A stretch of DNA of 64,000 nucleotides from Gammaproteobacteria bacterium (lineage in GTDB: Bacteria > Pseudomonadota > Gammaproteobacteria > GRL18), in the NCBI GenBank assembly GCA_027012135.1, contig JALUZF010000137.1, positions 946-64,945 on the forward strand. Reading direction: 5' to 3'. Position 1 is the stretch's first letter, and the number at the start of each line of letters is the position of its first letter. Of the stretch, positions 52,914 to 62,163 are shown one piece after another. The position numbers and the translations under genes were made by a program. A model generated the notes under the pieces. That model worked only from the letters and a program-made list of their open reading frames with translations, searched no databases and was not told the origin of the DNA.

Positions 52914-53315
52914 TCAATGTTCTGGTGTTTTTTCAAGCCCCAGTTTAAGCCTTTGCTGTTCTGCTGCCTCTACGGCTTCCAGATACTCTTTTCTGTTCAT
53001 AGTAGAAGAAGCCGCATCCCTAAACCGTTCACCTTCCCGATCGCCACTTAACCAGGCCATATGAAACCAGATATAGGCCTGCCGGTAATCTTTTGGGGTA
53101 CCCAGGCCGTATAGATACATACTGCCCAGCTTACCATAGGCCCGGGCATCCTTATTTTGTGCGGCATTATAAAATTCCTTAAAGGCAGTATCCCGGTCTC
53201 CACGCCGATTAGCTTCTTCACCGGCAATATAATCAGCAAAGCCAGCCTGACTTAAGAGCAGCACGCTTAAAACTGTCAAATGGATTAATACGCTTCGAAA
53301 AATTTTTATGTTCAA
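52914..53315 (-). CDS. Secreted Sel1-repeat protein
   Basis: 133 aa. Signal peptide and Sel1 repeats (GKLGSMYLYGLGTPKDYRQA). Confidence 0.8.
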   Translation of the reverse strand: MNIKIFRSVLIHLTVLSVLLLSQAGFADYIAGEEANRRGDRDTAFKEFYNAAQNKDARAYGKLGSMYLYGLGTPKDYRQAYIWFHMAWLSGDREGERFRDAASSTMNRKEYLEAVEAAEQQRLKLGLEKTPEH

Positions 53316-53825
53316 AATATATATACCTTTTATGGATGATTTTTTTATATTATAAATGATTGCCTGGCAACCGGATCTTAAATGACTCCTGTGTTATTTT
53401 GCAAATACTTTAAAAACATTCATAGATTAGGGTTAATTCGTCTTGACAATGGGCTTTGTTCACTTAACAATAGACCCATATCAGGAGATATATTAAGTTC
53501 TGTGAAATTTTGTAGTATTTGTAGTAATAGAAACTTAATAAATAATAATAAAAATCATGTAAGACTTAGTTTTGTATAATACAGATAATATTAATCAACT
53601 ATAAATAAAACATGAATTACCAGCTTGATAAACAAGTCTGGAAATAGCCTGCACTGCAAAAGAATCATAATAATAAAACAGTCAGATCAGACTGAACAGC
53701 GTTTATTTATTGCTTAAATAAACCAATATATTAATCAACACATAACCCTAAGTATTTATTTTTAAACCAGAAAAAGAAAACGTAGAAACAGGGAAAGTAA
53801 TCTACTGTTTTAAGGAGGCAAAACC

Positions 53826-54263
53826 ATGGTATCTTTTAAAGAACTTAACGAACAAAACCACATAATTGCAGAGCGTGCAAAAATTATCACCTATATGATT
53901 CAGGATCGTACTATATGCGACACCGATGTTACCTGTGACCTGTTTTTCGACCTGCTCGAACGAGTCAAAAACCACATGGATATTGAAGAACGTGAGTTGT
54001 ACAGAAACCTGTTAACACATCCTGATCAAAGTGTTAAAAATACCGCAGAAAACTTTTTGTCCGGTTCGGCAGAAATTAAGCGAGTATTCAAGCAGTATAC
54101 CAAGCGCTGGTGTCATAACCGCAAACTGCGCATTAAAGATCACGACCAGTTTGTTAAAGAAACCAATGAAATGTTTGATATGATCCAGGATCGCATTATC
54201 AGTGAAACTGAAAAGTTCTACCCTGTAGTTCGCAGTGTTTATGGTGAACAGATGGCAGCCTGA
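53826..54263 (+). CDS. Hemerythrin-HHE-like domain protein
   Basis: 145 aa. GGAGG RBS. His/Glu spacing (H..., HMDIEERELY, ...H, ...E..E) resembles the HHE cation-binding domain, but the assignment is tentative. Confidence 0.45.
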   Translation: MVSFKELNEQNHIIAERAKIITYMIQDRTICDTDVTCDLFFDLLERVKNHMDIEERELYRNLLTHPDQSVKNTAENFLSGSAEIKRVFKQYTKRWCHNRKLRIKDHDQFVKETNEMFDMIQDRIISETEKFYPVVRSVYGEQMAA

Positions 54264-54286
54264 GCAGATTGCAGCCTGAGCAGATT
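54255..54286 (+). repeat. Perfect 16-nt tandem duplication spanning a stop codon
   Basis: gcagcctgagcagatt x2 read directly. The first copy contains the TGA of the 53826-54263 gene. Confidence 0.9.
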
Positions 54287-54472
54287 ATAGTTTATTGAAT
54301 TAATTTTAATTACCCTTCGTTCCCATGCCCAGCCTGGGAACGTACCTCAGCTATACACAACCCCCTAAAAACACAATTTTAAAACCATCTCCGCAAAAAA
54401 ATTTATAATCCACGGTTTTATGTAAGCTATTTCTTATATTGCTGTTTTAATCTCTTTGCCGGCCTATTAGAA

Positions 54473-55015
54473 ATGAAATCAATCATTTATACTTTATTTG
54501 ACAAAAATAATATTAATAAATATGAGGTATCACTTTTGGACAAACAGGAAAATTTACGCCATATTCGTGTAGCTAAACGTGCCCATCTAAACTGGGTATC
54601 TCATGCCCATGCTCTGATCCTGGGTGTGCCCCTGGAAGAAAACCAGATACCTGTTTATGCAACAGATTGCAAATTTGGTCAATGGTATTATCATGATGGT
54701 CAGGTTCTGGCTTCTATTAAGGGGTTTCGTGAAATAGAGCAGCCGCACATTGATTTACATGAAACTTACCAGGAAATATTTAAATTACTGTTTCGTAGAG
54801 AGGAAAAAAAACAGGGATTCTGGGGCAAACTGTTTGGCAGAAAAGTTGAAATAACAGATGAACAGGATAAAAGCAGAGCCCAGCAGTTATATATTCAACT
54901 AAAAGCCCATTCAGAAGTGGTGGTTTCCCATCTGGATGCACTGGAAAAGAAGCTTAAGCAGATGGATGATGAGAAATTTACCGACTATCTTCGCTTTGCC
55001 TATAAAACTGTATAA
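54473..55015 (+). CDS. CZB (chemoreceptor zinc-binding) domain protein
   Basis: 180 aa with a CZB-like pattern: AHLNW, CKFGQWYY, and PHIDLH. Confidence 0.7.
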   Translation: MKSIIYTLFDKNNINKYEVSLLDKQENLRHIRVAKRAHLNWVSHAHALILGVPLEENQIPVYATDCKFGQWYYHDGQVLASIKGFREIEQPHIDLHETYQEIFKLLFRREEKKQGFWGKLFGRKVEITDEQDKSRAQQLYIQLKAHSEVVVSHLDALEKKLKQMDDEKFTDYLRFAYKTV

Positions 55016-55024
55016 ACTATATAT

Positions 55025-56077
55025 ATGAAACACCAGCCATTAGGAAAAAGTAATTTAAACGTTTCTCATATCTGCCTGGGCAGCATGACCTGGGGAATCC
55101 AGAATACTGAGCAGGAAGCTCATCAGCAAATTGAGTATGCCCTGTCCAGGGGGATTAATTTTATTGATGCCGCTGAAATGTATCCCATACCGCCCGGCCC
55201 GGAGACCTATGGTGATACGGAGCGAATTATCGGCAGCTGGCTGGCTAAAAATCCGCAGCGCCGTCCAGAAATAATAGTGGCCAGCAAAATTGCCGGAAAT
55301 GGACTGCCCTGGATCCGCAAGGGGGCTGATATTACTTCTGATGCCATTATCCAGTCTGTGGATGCATCTTTAAAGCGACTGCATACCGATTATATCGACC
55401 TGTATCAACTGCACTGGCCGAATCGGAACTCTCCACATTTTGGCAAACACTGGCCCGGCATGGTGCAATTTTCTAAAGTGGACAGCCGGCAGCATACTGA
55501 GCAAATGCTGGATATTTTATACGGCATCGACCGTTGTATAAAAGCGGGAAAAATACGTCACTTTGGCCTCTCCGATGATACCACCTGGGGTATTAATACC
55601 TACCTGAAATTAAGCGCTCAGCATAATTTACCCCGGCCGGTGTCTATACAGAATGAATTCAGCCTGATCCATACCAAAGACTGGCCTTATCTGCTGGAAA
55701 ACTGTGTGCATGAAGACATTGCCTTTCTGCCCTGGTCACCATTAGGCGGCGGAGTATTAAGCGGTAAATATATCAATGGTGCAAGACCTGCCGGCAGCCG
55801 CTGGACCGCCACTCAGCGCAATGGCCTGTTCCGTGATACACCAGCGGTTAATAACGCGGTAAAAGCTTACCTGGAAGTGGCAAAAAAACATCAGCTCAAT
55901 TCTGCACAAATGGCTCTGGCCTGGTGCGCTCAGGTAGACGGAGTAACTTCCACCATTATTGGAGCCACTAAAATGGAGCAGCTGGAAAGTAATATCAATG
56001 CCTTTGAAATCAGTCTGTCAGACGCAGTGTTAAATGATATAAACTCTGTTTTACGGCAATACCCTATGCCGTTTTAA
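55025..56077 (+). CDS. NADP(H)-dependent aldo-keto reductase (Tas/YajO-like)
   Basis: 350 aa, AKR family collinearity (GSMTWG, INFIDAAEMY, DLYQLHWP, GLSDDT, PWSPLGGG). Confidence 0.9.
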   Translation: MKHQPLGKSNLNVSHICLGSMTWGIQNTEQEAHQQIEYALSRGINFIDAAEMYPIPPGPETYGDTERIIGSWLAKNPQRRPEIIVASKIAGNGLPWIRKGADITSDAIIQSVDASLKRLHTDYIDLYQLHWPNRNSPHFGKHWPGMVQFSKVDSRQHTEQMLDILYGIDRCIKAGKIRHFGLSDDTTWGINTYLKLSAQHNLPRPVSIQNEFSLIHTKDWPYLLENCVHEDIAFLPWSPLGGGVLSGKYINGARPAGSRWTATQRNGLFRDTPAVNNAVKAYLEVAKKHQLNSAQMALAWCAQVDGVTSTIIGATKMEQLESNINAFEISLSDAVLNDINSVLRQYPMPF

Positions 56078-56109
56078 CTGTTTACGAAAAGATTTAGTTA
56101 TAAATTAAA

Positions 56110-56436
56110 ATGAAACCATTTAACGGTAACTGGAAAATTATAGAAACAGAACTCTGGGGACAGGATTTTGTGGATCTTATTGAACCGGGGCGGATCAGCT
56201 TTGAAGGTCATGAAGACGGCCGGATTATCTTCGGCGCTGTCAATATTGAGCTGGACTGCCGATACAAAACCGTCCATAAACGTCCCTTTGTGGAATTCAC
56301 TTTTCAGGGTGTTAATGATGTTGATCCGGTCTGCGGCCGGGGTCATGCGCTTTTAAAATCCGATACTATGATGGAAGGGCAGCTGTATTTTCATTATGGT
56401 GATGAATCCTGGTTTATTGCCAGAAAAATGGACTAG
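56110..56436 (+). CDS. Hypothetical protein (108 aa)
   Basis: Clean ORF. No recognised domain. The antisense ORF 56098-56346 is judged spurious. Confidence 0.5.
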   Translation: MKPFNGNWKIIETELWGQDFVDLIEPGRISFEGHEDGRIIFGAVNIELDCRYKTVHKRPFVEFTFQGVNDVDPVCGRGHALLKSDTMMEGQLYFHYGDESWFIARKMD

Positions 56437-56450
56437 CGCCTCTGGCTATT

Positions 56451-57803
56451 ATGCATACGCCGTTTAAGACACTTCTGAATTTATTTCTGTTTATTCTGTC
56501 CTGCTCAATAGTTCACGCCTCTCAAAGTGAAACAGTATCCTTTATGCTGGAAAATGGTCTGAAAGTGATTATCAGGCCGGATCATCGTGCGCCGGTTGCT
56601 GTGGTGCAAATCTGGTATAAAACAGGCTCGGCCAATGAATCTCCCGGTAAACGGGGAATATCTCATCTGCTCGAACATATGATGTTTAAAAGCCATAATA
56701 ATCCGCAACTGGCACAGGATTTCTGGCAGCTTACCCGTATCGGGGCTAAACGCAATGCCTTTACTCATCGTGATTATACCTTTTACTTTTATATTGCAGA
56801 TAAAGCCGCATTGCCCCGTATGCTTCACCTGGAAGCAGAACGGATGCAGGGGCTTTATGCTTCAGAGAAAAGCCTGATAATTGAAAAAAAAATCATTCGG
56901 GAAGAATTTAATAATCAGCTCAGTAAAGACCCTTTTTATTTTCTGGATGATCTGATTTACCAGAAAGCCTTCCCTGACAGCGGCTATCAATATCCGATTA
57001 TTGGTAATTTCAGCGATATTCAAAAACTAAGCCTGCAGCAGTTAAGCCAATGGCATCGGCAATACTATACGCCGGATAATGCCGTATTAGTGGTTGCTGG
57101 TGATGTTAATGCCAGTGAGGTTTTTCATTGGGCAGACCGCTATTTTTCCCCGATAACTAAGCGGCGTGATTCTTCCATAAACCCGCAAATAACCTTAAAA
57201 ACCAGTCATCCGAGCACACCTCGTTCAGAAATTCATTATATTTTGCCGCACAGAAAAGACAGCAGTACTTCAACGGGTAAGCTGTTAATGGGATTCAGGG
57301 TGCCTTCCATTAAAACAGCCGTACCGCAACAGGATGCCTATGCTCTGGAAGTACTGGCCGGCTGGCTGGACAGCGGCGTGCATTCAAGATTACCCCGTGC
57401 TTTAATCTGGGATAAACAGAAAGCACAGGATATCAGTGTACGTTATGGTCTTATGACCCGTTATGACAGCCTGTTTATTATAGAAGCTATGCCCTTAAAG
57501 GATATTTCCATGACCCAGCTGGAACAGGCCATAAAGGATGAGCTGAAAACTATCCGGCAACAGCTTATCAGCGAGCGTGAGCTGCAGGAAGTTAAAAACC
57601 AGATGATTGCCGCAGAAGTTTTTGAACGGGACTCCACTTATACACAGGCTAAAATCATCGGTCAGGCTGAAGTTATTGATATTCCCTGGTCGGAAGATGC
57701 AAAATATATTGAACGTATAAAATCTGTTACAGCAGAACAGGTTCAGAAGGTATTAAACAAATACTTTACAGCTAATAACCGTATTACAATTATCCAGCCA
57801 TAA
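56451..57803 (+). CDS. M16-family zinc peptidase (pitrilysin-like), secreted
   Basis: 450 aa. Signal peptide and the inverted zinc motif HLLEHMMFK (HxxEH). Confidence 0.85.
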   Translation: MHTPFKTLLNLFLFILSCSIVHASQSETVSFMLENGLKVIIRPDHRAPVAVVQIWYKTGSANESPGKRGISHLLEHMMFKSHNNPQLAQDFWQLTRIGAKRNAFTHRDYTFYFYIADKAALPRMLHLEAERMQGLYASEKSLIIEKKIIREEFNNQLSKDPFYFLDDLIYQKAFPDSGYQYPIIGNFSDIQKLSLQQLSQWHRQYYTPDNAVLVVAGDVNASEVFHWADRYFSPITKRRDSSINPQITLKTSHPSTPRSEIHYILPHRKDSSTSTGKLLMGFRVPSIKTAVPQQDAYALEVLAGWLDSGVHSRLPRALIWDKQKAQDISVRYGLMTRYDSLFIIEAMPLKDISMTQLEQAIKDELKTIRQQLISERELQEVKNQMIAAEVFERDSTYTQAKIIGQAEVIDIPWSEDAKYIERIKSVTAEQVQKVLNKYFTANNRITIIQP

Positions 57804-57921
57804 TATCTGTCAACTCGCAGCGTCCTGTCCCATTAATATTAAATTTTTACCACAGCCCTGCCTCCTAAAGCCCTTTAAAATTCCTAATATTATCGAATAC
57901 GGTAAAATATAATGATTATTT

Positions 57922-57951
57922 AATCAAGTTATCAAAAGCGATAACTTGATT
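57922..57951. promoter_or_regulatory. Perfect 12-bp inverted repeat upstream of hipB (operator or terminator candidate)
   Basis: aatcaagttatc-aaaagc-gataacttgatt followed by ttttt. It lies 73 nt upstream of hipB and about 120 nt downstream of the M16 gene. Confidence 0.4.
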
Positions 57952-58023
57952 TTTATAATATTTAATAATAAACTGAAAATACATAAATAAATTAACAAAT
58001 AATATAATCTAAAATATAAAACC

Positions 58024-58269
58024 ATGTCCTATAATTTAACCCCAATCCTGGATGAAATCATCCAGCAGGGCAAAAAGAAAGGTCTGAACCAAAAAGATAT
58101 CTGCCATAAAGCGGGTGTCGGGCCGGTGACCATCTCTCGTGCCAGAAAACAGGGTGATATTCGTTTTTCCACTCTGGAAAAACTGGCCAATAGCGTCGGT
58201 CTTAAATTAACACTGATGGCTGATGACCCCTTAATTGAACTGGTGGAAAAAGGGGAGCTGTTCTCATGA
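58024..58269 (+). CDS. hipB: HipB-like XRE-family antitoxin
   Basis: 81 aa. HTH (NQKDICHKAGVGPVTISRARKQ). 4-bp overlap with hipA. Confidence 0.8.
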   Translation: MSYNLTPILDEIIQQGKKKGLNQKDICHKAGVGPVTISRARKQGDIRFSTLEKLANSVGLKLTLMADDPLIELVEKGELFS

Positions 58270-59642
58270 TTCGGGATGCCCATGCCGTTGCCTGGACTCG
58301 GTTGTCCGGTACCCCGGTAAAAATGGGTGAACTGCACGTCACTGAATCGGAATCCCGTTTTGTCTATGATCTGTCCTTTCTGGACACCGGCTTACCCGGT
58401 CTGGGTCTGGTGCTGTCACCAAAAATATATAGCCAGAATACCATACGCTGGTCCCGAACTGAGCGGTTTAATTTTCATCCACCCATACAGTCCCTGATCC
58501 CTCCTTCAGGGGAGCATAATTTTCAACGTCGTCTGATCATGAACTACCTGGCGACTATTGGCATAATAGAAGGCAGTGACTTTGATAATGACTGGAATAT
58601 CTTAACCTTTAGCGGTCATGGGGGTATCGGCCATATTGATGTATTCAGTTCGGATGAAAAGGCTGTTCGATGGTATGCTACACCCACCATGCCCCAGCAG
58701 GATTTTCTTAAAAAAAAATCCTCCCTGGGTTTTTCTCTTAAAAATATGCTCACCTGGTATGAAGATAAAACCGGCTACCTGCTGGATTTTATCGGCCCGA
58801 CCCCATCAGTAAACGGTGCCATACCCAAACTGCTGCTGTCCATCCCTAAAAGCGGCTGGAACGGACAGGTCGGTCTGCCCACCCGCTTTGGTGATACCCA
58901 GTCCACCGATATTATTCTGAAACTGGAAAAAGATACAGCCTATCCCGGTATTGTAGAGCTGGAAGCCCTGGGGCTGGATATTCACAGTAAAGCCGGTTTT
59001 CAGACTCCCCGTTACTGGACAACTGAATTTGAGGGCATTCATGCTATTGCTATAGAACGCTTTGACCGGGATGAACACAACAACCCGGTATTCCAGGAAA
59101 GCCTGTTTTCCATACTGGCCTCCGGTAACCGAAATATCCATAACCACTACGATGCCAGCTATGATCAGATAGGCCGTATGTTAGACAACCCCAGACTGAC
59201 CTTAATAGACGATCGCAGGGCTGCCAAAAAGCATTTATTGAAACGGTTGCTAATATCCTTTTTAACCGGCAACGGTGATCTGCACCTGGAAAATATGAGC
59301 CTGCAGATCCGCAATGGCATAACTGACTTTTCCCCGGTCTATGATCCGGTTCCCATGCGTGCTTACCCCATCCATAATATCCTCAGTGCCATGCCTTTTG
59401 GTAATTATGGTGAATATATTAATAAACAGGATAAACCGGTAGGATTCACTCAGGCCATTGAGCGCTTTAACCACAGCCTGGGATTTGATAAAAACCGGTT
59501 AACGGCAATCATCAATGAACTGCTTAATATCACAGAAGACTTCCCGCAAAGGGTTAAGGCACTTAAAACTCTGCCGGAACAGAATAAAAAGTTTTTAATT
59601 GATATTCATAAGGATATTAAACAAAAAATGAGTAAATTATGA
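58266..59642 (+). CDS. hipA: HipA-family serine/threonine kinase toxin
   Basis: 458 aa. HipA N-terminal coupling region and a C-terminal kinase core (GNGDLHLENMSL, FSPVYDPVP). Confidence 0.85.
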   Translation: MIRDAHAVAWTRLSGTPVKMGELHVTESESRFVYDLSFLDTGLPGLGLVLSPKIYSQNTIRWSRTERFNFHPPIQSLIPPSGEHNFQRRLIMNYLATIGIIEGSDFDNDWNILTFSGHGGIGHIDVFSSDEKAVRWYATPTMPQQDFLKKKSSLGFSLKNMLTWYEDKTGYLLDFIGPTPSVNGAIPKLLLSIPKSGWNGQVGLPTRFGDTQSTDIILKLEKDTAYPGIVELEALGLDIHSKAGFQTPRYWTTEFEGIHAIAIERFDRDEHNNPVFQESLFSILASGNRNIHNHYDASYDQIGRMLDNPRLTLIDDRRAAKKHLLKRLLISFLTGNGDLHLENMSLQIRNGITDFSPVYDPVPMRAYPIHNILSAMPFGNYGEYINKQDKPVGFTQAIERFNHSLGFDKNRLTAIINELLNITEDFPQRVKALKTLPEQNKKFLIDIHKDIKQKMSKL

Positions 59643-59710
59643 ATAAAAAATTCTATTATTGAGTACCGTACAAACAACAGTCAGCATCTGAGCTATTGGA
59701 GATAAATGTT

Positions 59711-60331
59711 ATGACAAAGCTATTTGGAGTATTGCTTCTCGGATTCTCAGGGTTTTTTCTGTCTGTCCGTCCGGTATTTTCTGGAGAAACTCCCGCATTT
59801 ACCGAGTCTGTTATTATCTTTAATACTATCTGTGCAAAATGTCATGAAGCACAGTGTAGTGGTCGTTTGAGTTTTGATGATGCTTTTGAGAGATCCAGAA
59901 ATCATATACTCAGACATTATAACCAGGCTTCCGGGAAAAAATACTTACAAAAAGAATTGTTCGATATCCTTAGCTATATGAAGGAAAATTGTGCCTATTA
60001 TCCTATGCACTTTTCTGTTCCGTTGAACAGAATCTGGGCTAATGACCTATTACAAAAATATACGACCTCGACGGATAGTAACTACTTTATTCCTGTAGGT
60101 AATTTGAGTTCCGGATCTTATGATATTGAACTTGAACTGGAGAAGAATGTTAAAGTTAATGTGCATCTTATTTCTGAAGAATTTGAAATAGTTGTTGATG
60201 ATTGTTATAAATCAACAGACCAGAGGATAAAGCTTCCGGTTTTTATAGAAGAGTCGGGAGACTATTATTTACGATTATACCCAAAAGAGGCTGTCAGGTT
60301 GGCTCGGCTTACAATCATCCCCTCTAAGTAA
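59711..60331 (+). CDS. Secreted protein with a single CxxCH heme-c motif and a beta-rich C-terminal domain
   Basis: ATG 59711 with GGAG upstream. Signal peptide. CAKCH immediately after the predicted cleavage region. Family not recognised. Confidence 0.5.
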   Translation: MTKLFGVLLLGFSGFFLSVRPVFSGETPAFTESVIIFNTICAKCHEAQCSGRLSFDDAFERSRNHILRHYNQASGKKYLQKELFDILSYMKENCAYYPMHFSVPLNRIWANDLLQKYTTSTDSNYFIPVGNLSSGSYDIELELEKNVKVNVHLISEEFEIVVDDCYKSTDQRIKLPVFIEESGDYYLRLYPKEAVRLARLTIIPSK

Positions 60332-60502
60332 GCGACAGAAACCAGTGCTCTAATTTACAGGGTTTTAATCGCTGCCACGGTAAACCCCCAAATTGTTTTT
60401 CGGGGGATTACCGTTGTACTGTTAAAGAATATCTGTACTTTATTGGAAATGATTTCTAGTTTAAGGCTCTGGAAGGTATACAGGCAGTTTTTGGTGCTTT
60501 AA

Positions 60503-61027
60503 ATGAAACAACAGATATTGAACATATTGAGTTGGGTAGAGTACACAATGGATTCAAAAAACTCAAAGATAATGATTGTTTCCGGAGGCCAGACTGGTGT
60601 TGACCGGGCCGCTCTGGATGCCGCACTTGAATCCGATGTACCCTGTGGCGGCTGGTGTCCTGAAGGTCGAAAAGCAGAAGATGGCGTGATACCGGAAAAA
60701 TATCCCTTAGTGGAATTACCACAGTCTGGCTATCGGCAAAGAACCAAACGAAATGTACTGGACAGTGATGGTTCGGTTATTATTTATTTTAAATACCTTA
60801 TTGGCGGTACTCAGTTAACCCTGAAGTTCTGTCTGAGTGAGAAAAAACCGTATTTGTTGATTGATGCCACTGAACTGAAGGAAGAACGGGCAGCAGAAAG
60901 AATCCATGAGTTTGTTCAGGAATATGATATTGAAAAACTGAATTTTGCCGGTCCCAGAGCCTCTGGTGAACCTGAGGCTTATGGCTATACAAAACAGGTT
61001 GTGAGTCGATTTGTTTCTTATCAATAG
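60503..61027 (+). CDS. SLOG-superfamily protein (YpsA / putative molybdenum-carrier PF12694-like)
   Basis: SGGQTGVDRAALDAAL, GGWCPEGRKAEDG, YRQRTKRNV and DSDGSVI motifs. The true start may be ATG 60548. Confidence 0.7.
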   Translation: MKQQILNILSWVEYTMDSKNSKIMIVSGGQTGVDRAALDAALESDVPCGGWCPEGRKAEDGVIPEKYPLVELPQSGYRQRTKRNVLDSDGSVIIYFKYLIGGTQLTLKFCLSEKKPYLLIDATELKEERAAERIHEFVQEYDIEKLNFAGPRASGEPEAYGYTKQVVSRFVSYQ

Positions 61028-61062
61028 GTCTCACCAGGAAAAAAACAGGGAAATATTAAAAA

Positions 61063-61623
61063 TTGAAACTGGTCTGGGATAGTCAGCAATTTAAAGTTCA
61101 AATAGTTCAGACTGATATTTATATTGCACCTAATAACTGCCCGCCTTTTTCCGTAAAAGCCATTGTGGAAGAACAGGACACCAGTCTCGTATTAGAACCT
61201 ACAGATGAACTTCCTGAATACAATGATTCCAGGCCTGTCTGGTATCAGGCAAACACTCTGGAGTTACAGAAAGTCTATCGTCCCGGAGAGGTGATTGTTA
61301 AATCATATAACCCCATACGATTATCGGCTATTGTTCATGATTTGGACTGTGATCCCAGCTGGAAGATTGACTGGATTAAAACAGCCATTAAAAACATTTT
61401 CAGTTTTTGTGATGAAAAACAACTGGCATCACTGGCCTTACCACTTTTAGGTACTCAGTTTGGGAAATTAAAAAATAAAGCTTTTCTTAAATTATTGGTG
61501 AGTCATTTACTGCTTAATCAGTCAGATTACCCACAAAGGATCTGGCTACTGGTTTCAGCCGATAACTGTCAAAGAGTATCTGAAATTCTGAACCCGTTAG
61601 TGGTTAATTTCCAGTGTAAATGA
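61063..61623 (+). CDS. Hypothetical protein, possibly a degenerate macro-like domain
   Basis: 186 aa, TTG start. AIVEEQD, GEVIV, AIVHDL and SLALPLLGTQFG are loosely collinear with macro-domain blocks, but the N-x-GGG nucleotide loop is absent. Confidence 0.35.
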   Translation: MKLVWDSQQFKVQIVQTDIYIAPNNCPPFSVKAIVEEQDTSLVLEPTDELPEYNDSRPVWYQANTLELQKVYRPGEVIVKSYNPIRLSAIVHDLDCDPSWKIDWIKTAIKNIFSFCDEKQLASLALPLLGTQFGKLKNKAFLKLLVSHLLLNQSDYPQRIWLLVSADNCQRVSEILNPLVVNFQCK

Positions 61624-61841
61624 ATGCTTTAAAAATAGCAGAGAAATTGTTGAATAATATGCTGGATAGTTCTGCTGGGGATATTGTGATTTTCGTCTGT
61701 ACCTAAGCACCACAGATGTTGTCTAAAACCATGAAAAAGCATTGTTGTGTGGTGGAATATCATGGTATATGAAGGTCAAAAAAACGTATTGTAAATATTA
61801 GCAGGTAAGTTACTGGGCACGGAGAATTTTCAAACCGGCAT

Positions 61842-61875
61842 AAAAAAAGCAGAGGCATCTAAGTCTCTGCTTTTT
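61842..61875. terminator. Bidirectional terminator downstream of the tRNA
   Basis: A-run, gcagag / 10-nt loop / ctctgc, then a T-run. Confidence 0.7.
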
Positions 61876-61886
61876 CTAAAGAAATT

Positions 61887-61963
<77 letters not shown>

Positions 61964-62163
61964 ACTGATGGAGGGTATTATACGGTCTTTTTTTCAAGAT
62001 GCAAGGGGTATTTAATAAAATGGTAATGTTTATTCTAATAGAAAAAACAGGCTTAAAGCGGTATTATCCTGTGTACGGCATGACATAATAGCAGTGGTTT
62101 TTTAGCTGCTATAAGTAAGGTAGAAAAACGGCCTTTTTCGAGTCTTATTAATCGTAAATTTTA

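Noticed and set aside
53382-53579. 65-aa plus-strand ORF in the 510-bp AT-rich gap
   Set aside because: The product is low-complexity and Asn/Ile/Leu-rich, with no RBS. It lies in the likely promoter/leader region of the hemerythrin-like gene.
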